A stretch of 64,000 nt of DNA from Minisyncoccota bacterium (GCA_030583745.1 CP129473.1:442783-506782), one strand, 5' to 3'. Numbered from the stretch's first letter, positions 48,857 through 58,006 are shown. Numbers and translations: made by a program. Notes: generated from the letters alone by a model not told the origin.

Positions 48857-49408
48857 TCAATACTTCGGAGCGGTTTCTTTGACTCCAGACAAGTGATTTG
48901 CCAACCGCGCCAGTGCATAAAGTAAGCTAGACAACCTGTTGAGAAAAGATTTTGTGTCGGCGGAAATTTTTACTTCACCTACCTCCTCTCCCGCCACCAC
49001 TCTCCTCTCGGCTCTCCTTGCTAAAGTTCTAGCGACATCCAACATCGCCGCCTGTTCCGAACCTCCGGAAATAAAAAAACTTGTTATCGGTGGTAATTCT
49101 TTTTCAATTGAGTTGATAATGTCTTCCATCTGCCTGACCTTGTCTGCGGTAATATTTTTCGGAGCGCCGGCAACCTCCGCTTGGACAATGAAGAGGTTTT
49201 CTTGGGCGTCGTGAATTATCTCGGCAAAATTTCTTTGAGCTAACTTCAAGTCACTAGTTTTAACCTTGCAAAGACCGAGAAAGGAATTGATTTCATCCAA
49301 AGAGCCGAGGGCTTCAGCTACCGCTGAATTTTTTGAGATTCTAGTGCCCGGCGGACAACTGTATGTTTTTGTTGTACCGTCGTCACCTTTTCCTGTAAAA
49401 AGTGCCAT
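48857..49408 (-). CDS. PduO-type ATP:cob(I)alamin adenosyltransferase family protein
   Basis: FTGKGDDGTT...LGSLDEINSFLGL...ARTLARRAERR. Confidence 0.8.
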   Translation of the reverse strand: MALFTGKGDDGTTKTYSCPPGTRISKNSAVAEALGSLDEINSFLGLCKVKTSDLKLAQRNFAEIIHDAQENLFIVQAEVAGAPKNITADKVRQMEDIINSIEKELPPITSFFISGGSEQAAMLDVARTLARRAERRVVAGEEVGEVKISADTKSFLNRLSSLLYALARLANHLSGVKETAPKY

Positions 49409-49498
49409 ATTTTTAGCGTTTTAGCATTCGGTTTAAACCAATGCTATAAGTCACTTTAACAAAAATACGGAAAATAATCTACGAGCGGTGCTGTAATT

Positions 49499-49525
49499 AC
49501 AAGACTCGCGAGAGTCTTTTTTTAA
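49499..49525 (+). terminator. Orphan hairpin plus T-tract (AAGACTCGCGAGAGTCTTTTTTT) with no upstream plus-strand gene
   Basis: Seen directly; preceded by a TGTAATTACAAGACT motif. Confidence 0.4.
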
Positions 49526-49540
49526 GAGGCAACGGATTAA

Positions 49541-49672
49541 CTAAGATATGAGGTGAACAATAAGTACAACAAGCGCAACTACAAGTAGTGCGTGGATAAA
49601 ATTGCCTCCCACCTTAAAGCTAAACCCAAGAAGCCAGAGAACAAACAAAGCGATAATTATTGTCCAAAGCAT
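49541..49672 (-). CDS. Small membrane protein, lmo0937-like family (43 aa; absent from the ORF track)
   Basis: MLWTIIIALFVLWLLGFSFKVGGNFIHALLVVALVVLIVHLIS. Confidence 0.5.
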   Translation of the reverse strand: MLWTIIIALFVLWLLGFSFKVGGNFIHALLVVALVVLIVHLIS

Positions 49673-49677
49673 ATTAT

Positions 49678-50193
49678 TTATGTGCGGTTATATATTTTCT
49701 TAAGCTTAAGAAGACCCCGATGTGCTTGGACGGCAACAGCATTTCTCGACTGCCCTGTAATAAGAGATATTTCTTTAAGTGAGAGATCCTGCGCATATCT
49801 CATTCGCATTACTTTCTCGTATTTTTCCGGTAGATATTGGATCAAAAGAATTGCCGCCTTGCTATCAAAAGTAGTGGCCACACGTTCTGAATCATCAAAA
49901 CCCGGTTCAAATCCTTTTTCAAGAAGAACGTCAAGAGAAGATGTTTTACGCTTACGGTATTCATCAATAATCAGATGATTAAGGATGTGATAAAGAAACG
50001 GCTTCATTAAATCAATCTTTCCTCCCTTAACTAAATATATCCAAGTCTTCATGAAGGTATCTTGAACCAAATCTTGACTAGTTTTTTGATTATTTACTTT
50101 GAAAAAAGCGTATGAGTTCATTCTTTTCTCATAGTCATTGTGCGCTGAGGTCAGTATTCCCTCTCGCTCGATTCTTTGCTTCGGGGTCATCAT
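49678..50193 (-). CDS. RNA polymerase sigma-70 factor, ECF subfamily (second copy)
   Basis: LVQDTFMKTWIYLVKG...LNHLIIDEYRKRK; LSLKEISLITGQSRNAVAVQAHRGLLKLK. Confidence 0.8.
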   Translation of the reverse strand: MMTPKQRIEREGILTSAHNDYEKRMNSYAFFKVNNQKTSQDLVQDTFMKTWIYLVKGGKIDLMKPFLYHILNHLIIDEYRKRKTSSLDVLLEKGFEPGFDDSERVATTFDSKAAILLIQYLPEKYEKVMRMRYAQDLSLKEISLITGQSRNAVAVQAHRGLLKLKKIYNRT

Positions 50194-50434
50194 ATAAATT
50201 AAGCCGAGTGCAGAAGAGTTACATTACAAGACTATTACAGAGGTTCGGTGGTTTTTGGAAGTATCTATATTTTAAGGGCCCATATGGCCTTATTTTGGAG
50301 AGACCTGCCTTATTACAGAAACATTACAAAAGCGCCAGAGACAATAAGGGAGTACTTAGATTTTAAGTATAGCACTTCAGACATCTTATAGCGAGTCTTT
50401 GTAAGAATACAGATTTTCTAGCGGCATTTGCTGT

Positions 50435-51046
50435 ATGGAAAATAATGAAATTGAAAATAAAAATATGGAAGAGAGCAAAAGACTCGCAGAGCAGGCGCGT
50501 ATCACGATCGGCCCTGATTTTATAAATCATTTCTGGGAAAAAAGCTGGACATACATCAAGACGGTGGTTGATGTTGTGCGTGAGCCGGTTTTAATCCTAG
50601 ATAAAAATTTCCACGTAATGGCAGCTAATGAATCTTTCTACCGAGTGTTTCAGGTTGAAGCAAAAGATACTGAACAAAAAAACGTTTATGAATTGGGAAA
50701 CGGCCAGTGGAATATTCCCTCTTTACGAAAACTACTCGAGGACATTTTGCCTAAAAACACATTTTTTAAAGGATTTGAGGTCACTCACGAATTTCCTTCG
50801 ATCGGACAAAAAACGATGATTCTAAACGCCCGACAAATTCATGTTGAAGAAGATACCGATTTTCCTCCAATCATACTTCTTGCCATAGAAGATGTTACAG
50901 AAATGATGGGTGTTGCCGAAATGCTCGCACGCCACACAAAACGTTTTGAAATACAAACAGGAGAACGTATAGAGAAGTTGGAAGTTTATATCAAAAAATT
51001 AGAGAGAAAAGTCAACGAACTTAAAAGTAATCCTAAAAATTCATAA
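50435..51046 (+). CDS. PAS-domain protein with a C-terminal coiled coil
   Basis: VVREPVLILDKNFHVMAANESFYRVFQVEAKDTEQKNVYELG...PIILLAIEDVTE. Confidence 0.55.
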   Translation: MENNEIENKNMEESKRLAEQARITIGPDFINHFWEKSWTYIKTVVDVVREPVLILDKNFHVMAANESFYRVFQVEAKDTEQKNVYELGNGQWNIPSLRKLLEDILPKNTFFKGFEVTHEFPSIGQKTMILNARQIHVEEDTDFPPIILLAIEDVTEMMGVAEMLARHTKRFEIQTGERIEKLEVYIKKLERKVNELKSNPKNS

Positions 51047-51173
51047 AAATCTTCTGTAATCACGTCTGTAATGATGTCCAGTGCGAAGCGGCATTATCTG
51101 TAGGGATTATACATAAAAGGTCGATTGTGTAGGACACCTCAATAATCTCTAAAATTTAATCTAAAAAAACTAT

Positions 51174-51890
51174 ATGAACAAAAAAATAACTCTACAAAAA
51201 AACTCATCGCGCGTAAATATTCTCTTCAGCGTAATGTTGATGGCAACACTTATTTTCTCAATCTTCGGAATTAAAAGTGTGTATGCTGCCATTACTAGCC
51301 AATTAGATATTGGCGATAGCGGCTCACAAGTTACCGAACTTCAAACATATCTATCAACAAATGTGAGCATCTACCCTGAAGGTTTAGTTACTGGATATTT
51401 CGGCCAGCTTACCAAGGCGGCAGTAGAAAGATTCCAAACAGCGCAAGGGATTGTCTCTCAAGGAACGCCGGCAACAACCGGTTATGGTCGTGTCGGGCCA
51501 CAGACAATAGCAAGGATCAATAGTCTTATGGGTTCTGGAGGTTCTGCTGGGGGAAATCAAGCATCTTGGGACACTTCGCCAAGATTGAGCAACCCTACAG
51601 TTCAGCACACAAATACAAGTGCAACCTTCGCGTGGACAACCAACGAGCCAACTCAAGGTCAGGTCTATTGGAGCAATATGCCTCTTCAACTCAATGAGGC
51701 AACAGGGCACCGCCAACAGCCATACGTAAGTGGAGCACTTGCAGCTAATGCTAGCGGCATGCAAACCAACCATGCGGTTACGGTTTCAAACCTGCAAGCA
51801 GATACTACATATTACTACCTCGTCCGAGGTGTTGATAATGTAGGGAACATGAGTATGGTATGGCCAAGTCACTTTCGCACCAATCAATAA
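51174..51890 (+). CDS. Exported protein with a peptidoglycan-binding-like domain and an FN3-like domain
   Basis: TM/signal region; LDIGDSGSQVTELQTYLSTNVSIYPEGLVTGYFGQLTKAAVERFQTAQG; TTYYYLVRGVDNVGN. Confidence 0.55.
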   Translation: MNKKITLQKNSSRVNILFSVMLMATLIFSIFGIKSVYAAITSQLDIGDSGSQVTELQTYLSTNVSIYPEGLVTGYFGQLTKAAVERFQTAQGIVSQGTPATTGYGRVGPQTIARINSLMGSGGSAGGNQASWDTSPRLSNPTVQHTNTSATFAWTTNEPTQGQVYWSNMPLQLNEATGHRQQPYVSGALAANASGMQTNHAVTVSNLQADTTYYYLVRGVDNVGNMSMVWPSHFRTNQ

Positions 51891-51910
51891 CTGATTCGGA
51901 AAGTGAAATA

Positions 51911-51944
51911 AAAAATCACCGCCTGAGGATCGGTGATTTTTTAT
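51911..51944 (+). terminator. Rho-independent terminator AATCACCGCCTGAGGATCGGTGATTTTTT
   Basis: Seen directly in the sequence. Confidence 0.7.
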
Positions 51945-52005
51945 ACAAAATTATTTCTTAACACTTAATCAATCTTCAGATTTCCAAAACCGTTGAGTTC
52001 TGTAT

Positions 52006-52091
52006 TGGTGCCCAGAGCGGGATTTGAACCCGCACGCTCTTGCGAGCATAGGCCCTCAACCTATTGTGTATACCAATTCCACCATCTGGGC
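52006..52091 (-). tRNA. tRNA-Leu (GAG), type II with long variable arm, CCA encoded
   Basis: Reverse complement is GCCCAGATGGTGGAATTGGTA...ATAGGTTGAGGGCCTAT...GCGGGTTCAAATCCCGCTCTGGGCACCA. Confidence 0.85.
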
Positions 52092-52141
52092 ATACAAATT
52101 AGTATGAGCCAAAAAGTGTCTTGGCTCAAGGAGAAAACCGA

Positions 52142-52678
52142 CTACTTGGTTTCTTCTTTAGTTTCAGAGACTTCAGCACTTTTAATCGCTTCCGCTTTTT
52201 GCTCTGCTGACTCTGTTATTTCTTCCTCAACTTGTTCTATTTCATTTAATTGTGACTCGTCTGAAATGCTTACTTCTGGAAGATTTCTAATATTTCTCAT
52301 CTGACGTCTGATTTCTTTAGAGGCCTTGTCTCTGATGTGGTAAAGCTTGGCTCGACGGACTTTTGACCTTCTCACAATTTCAATTTTATCAATCATCGGC
52401 GAATAAATTGGAAAGATTCTTTCAACTCCAACACCGCTTGTCACTTTACGAACGGTAAAAGTCCCGCCGGATTCCTTGCCGTGCTTAACCGCTAAAACCA
52501 GCCCCTCAAAAACTTGGGTTCGGAACTTGTCTTTTTCCTTGATTTTCTGAAAGACCTTAACCGTGTCGCCGGATCTTATATCAATTTTTTTTCTCTCCTC
52601 AATTTTGACCGGAGAAATTATCAAATTTTTAGCTTGCATAGTGAAAACAAATCTATCACAAAGCCGGTAAATTGACAA
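52142..52678 (-). CDS. rplS: 50S ribosomal protein L19 (with C-terminal acidic extension; true start possibly at 52639)
   Basis: [69 protein letters not shown]. Confidence 0.85.
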   Translation of the reverse strand: MSIYRLCDRFVFTMQAKNLIISPVKIEERKKIDIRSGDTVKVFQKIKEKDKFRTQVFEGLVLAVKHGKESGGTFTVRKVTSGVGVERIFPIYSPMIDKIEIVRRSKVRRAKLYHIRDKASKEIRRQMRNIRNLPEVSISDESQLNEIEQVEEEITESAEQKAEAIKSAEVSETKEETK

Positions 52679-52701
52679 TAAAAAGGTTGATTCTGCCCAT
52701 T

Positions 52702-53481
52702 TTATTTCATTGTAGAGTTTTTGCTCTGATTTAGGGCCTCCAATGCATTCACAAAATCTTCCGGCAGGGGCGCTTCCATTTCAATTGTTTTAGCGTTTGG
52801 CAATTGGAAACGAATTTGAAAAGCGTGAAGAGCCAGACGCTGGAAGCCGAGTAAGCACGGTTTTTTAGAAGCATAAATTTTGTCACAAACAACCGGATGA
52901 TTTATGGCTTTGAAATGAACACGGATTTGATGTGTCCGACCGGTTTTCGGCCGAGCTTCTAAAAAAGAAATTTTTTCGCTGGACTCTGGATCGAGTCCAA
53001 CATCTAAAAACCGCCATTCTGTTATGGCCGCCCGCAAGTTTCCACTCTTTCCGGAAAGTGCCGTCCAGCGCCTTGGGATTTTTTTGGTTCGACCGATCTC
53101 CAACTCAATCACTCCGCTTTTTTCTTTGGGATGGCCGTAGACAAAAGCACGATAAACTTTCTCAACTTTTCTGTCTTGGAATTGTTTTTTCAGAAAATCA
53201 TGGACATCCTGATTTTTGGCTATTATTAAAACTCCGCTTGTCTCTCTGTCTAGTCGATGAACAATCCCAGGTCTTGGAATCGTCTCCCCTTGCGGGGAAA
53301 GCCATGGTTCTCCGACATCTTTAAGCGCCGGAAATTTTTCAATTACCCAATCGGCAACCGATGGCTCAATATTTCGCCCGTCGGAATGAACAATTAAGCC
53401 GGCCGGTTTGTTGATGACCAAGACACTCTCGTCTTCGTACAAAACTTTTATCTTTTCCAAGATTAAATTGTCGTTGGTCAT
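52702..53481 (-). CDS. RluA-family pseudouridine synthase
   Basis: [11 protein letters not shown]...[16 protein letters not shown]. Confidence 0.85.
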   Translation of the reverse strand: MTNDNLILEKIKVLYEDESVLVINKPAGLIVHSDGRNIEPSVADWVIEKFPALKDVGEPWLSPQGETIPRPGIVHRLDRETSGVLIIAKNQDVHDFLKKQFQDRKVEKVYRAFVYGHPKEKSGVIELEIGRTKKIPRRWTALSGKSGNLRAAITEWRFLDVGLDPESSEKISFLEARPKTGRTHQIRVHFKAINHPVVCDKIYASKKPCLLGFQRLALHAFQIRFQLPNAKTIEMEAPLPEDFVNALEALNQSKNSTMK

Positions 53482-53533
53482 TAATTAAAAGTTAATATGT
53501 ATAGTGGTTAGTTAAGGGTCACATCGGTTTTTA

Positions 53534-53806
53534 CTAAAATTTTATTTTAAATCCTTGAAGTTTTACCGCCGGTTCTCGCCAAGAAATTTCAACATTTGAA
53601 ATTTTTGAACCAAAAGGCCCCTTCCATAAATGTTCAATAAATTTTTGAAGTTTTTCTTCACTACCTTGGGCCACAACTCGGACCTTGAAATCTGGAATAT
53701 TTTCTACCTCTCCAGAAAGCCAGAGTCCGTCGGCTTTTCTTTTCACAAAATCACGATAACTGACCCCTTGGACCTTACCAGAAACAATTGCCTTTATTTC
53801 CTGCAT
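53534..53806 (-). CDS. acyP: Acylphosphatase
   Basis: IVSGKVQGVSYRDFVKRKA...GEVENIPDFKVRVVAQG. Confidence 0.85.
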   Translation of the reverse strand: MQEIKAIVSGKVQGVSYRDFVKRKADGLWLSGEVENIPDFKVRVVAQGSEEKLQKFIEHLWKGPFGSKISNVEISWREPAVKLQGFKIKF

Positions 53807-53857
53807 ACATATAAATTACAACGATTTTCTCTTGAATGAAAGTGTTTTTATATAACT

Positions 53858-54526
53858 TTACTGTTCCAGTGCAAGTTCGGAAATCTTTTCAATCCAACCC
53901 TTTATTGTCAAGAAGACTTTCATATCATTAACGTCTATATCTAGAGTTCCATATGGTAAAGTTTTTCTTTTTCGCAAACTTATCTTACTTTGTTTTAAAT
54001 ATGTTTTATAAAACTGACTACGAGGTATTCCTGAAATTTTAGACCAGTATCTTTCTGTTTCTTCTATGTCAGCACTCTCAAATGTATGAATGTGACCACG
54101 AAATTTATCTTCAGGGACACTACAGACTTCCCTGAAAAATCTCATCATTACTTTTATCACTAAAGGGTCGCTATTTGAGATACGGGCTGTCCAATGACCA
54201 GTTTTACTACCTTCACCCCAATAAATCATCGCGCCGACTATTTTTAAATCTCTATGTGATAAGTTAGAAAAATCTTTTTTTGCCGAATCTATTATTACTT
54301 TTCGTTTCGCGCTTATATTAGCTAGTCGGCTTAGTCTTCTCTTCTCTATAGACTCAACGCTTCTACCTCTTAAAGATATTCTTTTCTTTTGTGCTTTAGT
54401 GAGAACAATATCTCTAGTCCAAAAACTGACACTGGCTTTTGGAAAACCAGTCTTTTCTATGATCTGATTCATTGACATACCCTGTTTCCTTAATTCTCTG
54501 GCTTTTTCTTTTTCGACTATTTTCAT
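53858..54526 (-). CDS. HTH-domain protein with a possible LAGLIDADG-like segment; hypothetical, located next to two tRNA genes
   Basis: N-terminal ARELRKQGMSMNQIIEKTGFPKASVSFW (HTH); IVGAMIYWGEGSKTGHW. Confidence 0.35.
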   Translation of the reverse strand: MKIVEKEKARELRKQGMSMNQIIEKTGFPKASVSFWTRDIVLTKAQKKRISLRGRSVESIEKRRLSRLANISAKRKVIIDSAKKDFSNLSHRDLKIVGAMIYWGEGSKTGHWTARISNSDPLVIKVMMRFFREVCSVPEDKFRGHIHTFESADIEETERYWSKISGIPRSQFYKTYLKQSKISLRKRKTLPYGTLDIDVNDMKVFLTIKGWIEKISELALEQ

Positions 54527-54615
54527 TGAGTAGAGTATAGCATATGTAATATGATTAACATCAGTCTAATTATCCACGCATTGAAGAAAAAGGCGTTTTT
54601 AGGTATAAATATAGA

Positions 54616-54688
54616 GCGCGGTTAGCTCAGTTGGTAGAGCAATTGTTTTACACACAATAGGCCGTGGGTTCGAGTCCCTCACCGCGCA
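54616..54688 (+). tRNA. tRNA-Val (TAC)
   Basis: GCGCGGTTAGCTCAGTTGGTAGAGCAATTGTTTTACACACAATAGGCCGTGGGTTCGAGTCCCTCACCGCGCA, with one T.T mismatch in the T-stem. Confidence 0.75.
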
Positions 54689-54729
54689 TTGCGTATTGAT
54701 TCAAAATAGAAATTAAAATTAATTTAAAC

Positions 54730-54801
54730 GCTCCCATAGTTTAATGGATAGAATGCAAGATTGCGGATCTTGCGATCCAGGTTCGATTCCTGGTGGGAGC
54801 A
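54730..54801 (+). tRNA. tRNA-Arg (GCG anticodon as read from the loop TTGCGGA)
   Basis: GCTCCCATAGTTTAATGGATAGAATGCAAGATTGCGGATCTTGCGATCCAGGTTCGATTCCTGGTGGGAGCA. Confidence 0.7.
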
Positions 54802-54815
54802 ACAGAAAGAAAAGT

Positions 54816-55277
54816 CTAAAATCCAACAAACTCAAGAATTTTCTGAAAAAATGGTTCATTTAATTCTTCTTCTTCCAAATACTGAAGCAAAAAATCTCTG
54901 ACTTCTTCAATACTAATTTCTTCCGTAATCGGCAAATGAATATACGGCATCCAAAACTTGTTTGATTTGAAAAGTATTTTTGGATGAAGCGAGTCTCCTT
55001 CTATCCAAAAAGATTCAAGCGACCCGAAGGGGTAAAAATATTTGTCTAAAACAATTCCTCGATTGTTTACCTCAACATCAACAAGTCTTGGCCCACGTAA
55101 AGAGAAAATCACAAGCGCCAAAACCGCGACAATTATCAAAATAGCGAAAATATAGTTTCCCAAAATAATAGAGGCCAGAACAATTCCAAAAGCGATAATG
55201 CCAATCGCCCAATACCATTCAACGCCTTTGTGCCAGTGGGCAAATTCTGGACCCTGCCAATTTATTCTGCTTTCCAT
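54816..55277 (-). CDS. Hypothetical membrane protein
   Basis: Two TM helices near the N-terminus. Confidence 0.4.
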   Translation of the reverse strand: MESRINWQGPEFAHWHKGVEWYWAIGIIAFGIVLASIILGNYIFAILIIVAVLALVIFSLRGPRLVDVEVNNRGIVLDKYFYPFGSLESFWIEGDSLHPKILFKSNKFWMPYIHLPITEEISIEEVRDFLLQYLEEEELNEPFFQKILEFVGF

Positions 55278-55321
55278 ACTTTTTATAATATATCACAAAG
55301 AAAACCCGACATTAGAAAGTT

Positions 55322-55789
55322 TTAAAGAGGTAAAATCTGAATCACTGAATTCAAAAAACCGATAATATCCAAATTTGTAGAGGTCCAAGCAAAAATGAAA
55401 ATCAGTGTGCAAAGAGCTGCTGACGCCAAACATAAAGAACACAACCTCCCTAGAACAACTAGCTGAATAAAAGTCAGATAGATTGAAAATAAAAAAGCCA
55501 GAATAGTAACGGACAAAATCGCGAAGGAAAAAAATTCGTGGTGTAGTTTAGGAAAGAAAAGAAAAACCGCATAACTTATGGAAACCAGCAAATAATATAA
55601 AATTCCCAAGTTCTCAACCGGAATTCCAAAAAACTTGGAATACTTACTCGTCACAACCGTCTGGCAGTCAAAACCAATCGGACAGACAAGATCTTCTTTA
55701 GAGACTCTTTTTCTCCTTATATGATCAGAAAGCCAGACCCCGACGAGTCCGAAGAGGCCTATTAGAGTAATCACAGAGAAATTGACCAT
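55322..55789 (-). CDS. VKOR-family (vitamin K epoxide reductase-like) membrane protein; start set at the internal Met
   Basis: KEDLVCPIGFDCQTVVTSKYSKFFGIPVENLGILYY; CxxC RLCSLCLAS. Confidence 0.55.
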   Translation of the reverse strand: MVNFSVITLIGLFGLVGVWLSDHIRRKRVSKEDLVCPIGFDCQTVVTSKYSKFFGIPVENLGILYYLLVSISYAVFLFFPKLHHEFFSFAILSVTILAFLFSIYLTFIQLVVLGRLCSLCLASAALCTLIFIFAWTSTNLDIIGFLNSVIQILPL

Positions 55790-55876
55790 ATTATGCAAAC
55801 ATCTTATCACAAAATTGCCCGACTTTCTTGTTGAAAAGTTTTTGTAGAGTAAAAATTCCGTGATAACATTGTCCTT

Positions 55877-56974
55877 ATGAAAATCAAAATTTCTAGTTTG
55901 TACTATCTTTATTTCGGTTTGATTCTGCTCGGTATGAGCGGTTTTATTTTTACCGTCTTCTTGCCAAAACCGGTTGGTTTTTATGCATTTATTGCCACGG
56001 CTGCTTTGGGCGGTTTTGGAGTTGCCACCAACATATTTATTACCAAAAAGAGCAAAAGACAATTAATCTGCCCGACCGGCTCTGACTGTAACGTTGTCGT
56101 CAACAGCCGATTTTCAAAATTCTTCGGAATCCCTCTTGAGAGAATGGGGATGACTTATTTTGCTTCTATTGTTATTTCTTATCTGTTCCTTATCTTCATA
56201 CCAGAAATTTTCAGTCCTAATGCTTTAACAATTCTCGTAGCGCTAACTCTTTCGGCCGGCCTATTTTCTTCTTATCTTCTGTTTGTGCAAGCATTCTTAC
56301 TCCGCGCTTGGTGTATTTGGTGTATTTTAGCTTCTTTTCTGTCCATAACGGTTTTTGTTTCTTCTTTTGCTAGCTTGCCTGTGGCTGTTGCTTTCTTGGC
56401 AGAATTCCAATACATCATCGCGGCAATAAGATTTTTTGGCTTTGCTTTTGCTGTTGGTGGTTCAACCGCCGCTGTATTTATTTTCTTTCGAATGTTAAAA
56501 GATTTGGACATAGACGACAAAGAGCTTCATCTTTTAAACGGAATTCTGGAGCTTGTTTGGGTCGGTTTTGGTTTAATACTTATTGGCCAACTGGCTTTTT
56601 ATGTGATGTACGCGGAAATGCTTGCTTCTTCCGGACTTTTCATAATGCAAACCGCTGCTCTATTCGTCGCCGCTTTCGGCAATGCCGTTTCAATGATTAT
56701 ATACGGACCATTTTTGGTTTTTGTTCCATTTAGAAAAGAAGGTGGGCCAGATTCACCAATGTTTGCATCTCTTAGATTGCCGACCGTGATTGTTTGGGCT
56801 ATCACCTTGTCGTCTTGGTATTTTGCTTTGGCGGTTGATTTTATTCCCAAACAATTTAATCTCGCAACCGCAGTTTTAAGCTATGTGGTAGTTTTAGTTG
56901 TCGCCGCCGCTTGTGGAATAATCTGGGAAAAGCGCTTTATAGAAAGGACAAAAACACAAGAAAATTCTATCTAG
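55877..56974 (+). CDS. VKOR-family membrane protein with an additional C-terminal multi-TM domain (divergent paralog)
   Basis: KRQLICPTGSDCNVVVNSRFSKFFGIPLERMGMTYF; CxxC AWCIWCIL. Confidence 0.55.
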   Translation: MKIKISSLYYLYFGLILLGMSGFIFTVFLPKPVGFYAFIATAALGGFGVATNIFITKKSKRQLICPTGSDCNVVVNSRFSKFFGIPLERMGMTYFASIVISYLFLIFIPEIFSPNALTILVALTLSAGLFSSYLLFVQAFLLRAWCIWCILASFLSITVFVSSFASLPVAVAFLAEFQYIIAAIRFFGFAFAVGGSTAAVFIFFRMLKDLDIDDKELHLLNGILELVWVGFGLILIGQLAFYVMYAEMLASSGLFIMQTAALFVAAFGNAVSMIIYGPFLVFVPFRKEGGPDSPMFASLRLPTVIVWAITLSSWYFALAVDFIPKQFNLATAVLSYVVVLVVAAACGIIWEKRFIERTKTQENSI

Positions 56975-57144
56975 ATTTCAACTTAATCTCTAAAAGCTGG
57001 AGCACCTTTTAGACGGAAATGAGACTATATGCTGCAAGTCTGTTCAGACGTTAATTTTTCCGCCACAATGCGGACCGCTCAGGTTCAGTACCAAGGTGGT
57101 GAGGTACCCTAAGGGTATTTTAGAGGATTTTCGATGACTCTATA

Positions 57145-57768
57145 CTAGGCACTCGGGTCGCTAGTCAAAATTTGGACTGCTGTAGCCCAAGCCTCGTCCG
57201 GAGTCTCAAAGACTGGATATCCGAGCTTCTCTGCTTCATCCTTGTAATGAGGCCGCTCCCCGTTGAAGAATGCGTCAGCTTCGAGCTTTTGCAGTTCTTC
57301 CGTCGCACCCCAACGTGGCTCTTTCTTGTTTCTTTCAAAAGTTTCTTCAAAAGATCGTCCAATTATCGCGATTCCAGGAATATGTAAATCTCTATGTGCT
57401 AAGTGCGGAAGAATATTCACTCCTTCGAAAATCACAGGTCTATCCTCGTCAGCGTATTTGGCAAGCCTCACAAGAACCCCTGGCCAGAAACCTTCCGACT
57501 GCTTTACAAGGTTTGCCCACTGTTCCTCGTGAGTAGTGGTCGTGTAATAAGTATGTTCGTCTTGATCTAAATAAAAATTTACCCATTTCTTATATCTTTC
57601 ATCTTTGGTCAACTCTTCTCTAAAGTCATCAATTGAAACACAAATGCCACCTACTTTTTCAGCAAGTTTTTTAGCTAGGTAAGATTTCCCCGCTGTTGGT
57701 ATTCCAGTTATAAAAATTTTTTTCTTATCCATAATTCGAATCCCTTCGGGGTTTTTATGTTTTATCAC
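57145..57768 (-). CDS. P-loop NTPase / kinase-family protein
   Basis: Walker A IFITGIPTAGKSYLAKKL; co-oriented with the GIY-YIG gene, 7 nt downstream of it. Confidence 0.5.
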   Translation of the reverse strand: MIKHKNPEGIRIMDKKKIFITGIPTAGKSYLAKKLAEKVGGICVSIDDFREELTKDERYKKWVNFYLDQDEHTYYTTTTHEEQWANLVKQSEGFWPGVLVRLAKYADEDRPVIFEGVNILPHLAHRDLHIPGIAIIGRSFEETFERNKKEPRWGATEELQKLEADAFFNGERPHYKDEAEKLGYPVFETPDEAWATAVQILTSDPSA

Positions 57769-57775
57769 TTTTGGG

Positions 57776-58006
57776 TTAAAAGTGTTTTTTCAGAAAAGCT
57801 CGACCTGAGCCAGATTTTAAATACTTCTCAAATTCAAATGCTTTGTATTTATCTGATGTGGCGAAATAAAATTCTAAACTTACCGGCAAGCGATTCTCTG
57901 TTGCTGGAACGTGACCCTTTGTGTGTCTCTCTAATCTTTCCTCAATATTGTCTGTGCAACCGACGTAAAAACCATCTTTGCATTTTAGACTATATACGTA
58001 GTACAT
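57776..58006 (-). CDS. GIY-YIG nuclease family protein (small, standalone)
   Basis: MYYVYSLKCKDGFYVGCTDNIEERLERHTKG....EKYLKSGSGRAFLKKHF. Confidence 0.8.
   Translation of the reverse strand: MYYVYSLKCKDGFYVGCTDNIEERLERHTKGHVPATENRLPVSLEFYFATSDKYKAFEFEKYLKSGSGRAFLKKHF

Noticed and set aside
51993-52304. 103-aa plus-strand ORF
   Set aside because: Overlaps tRNA-Leu and runs antisense into rplS; spurious.
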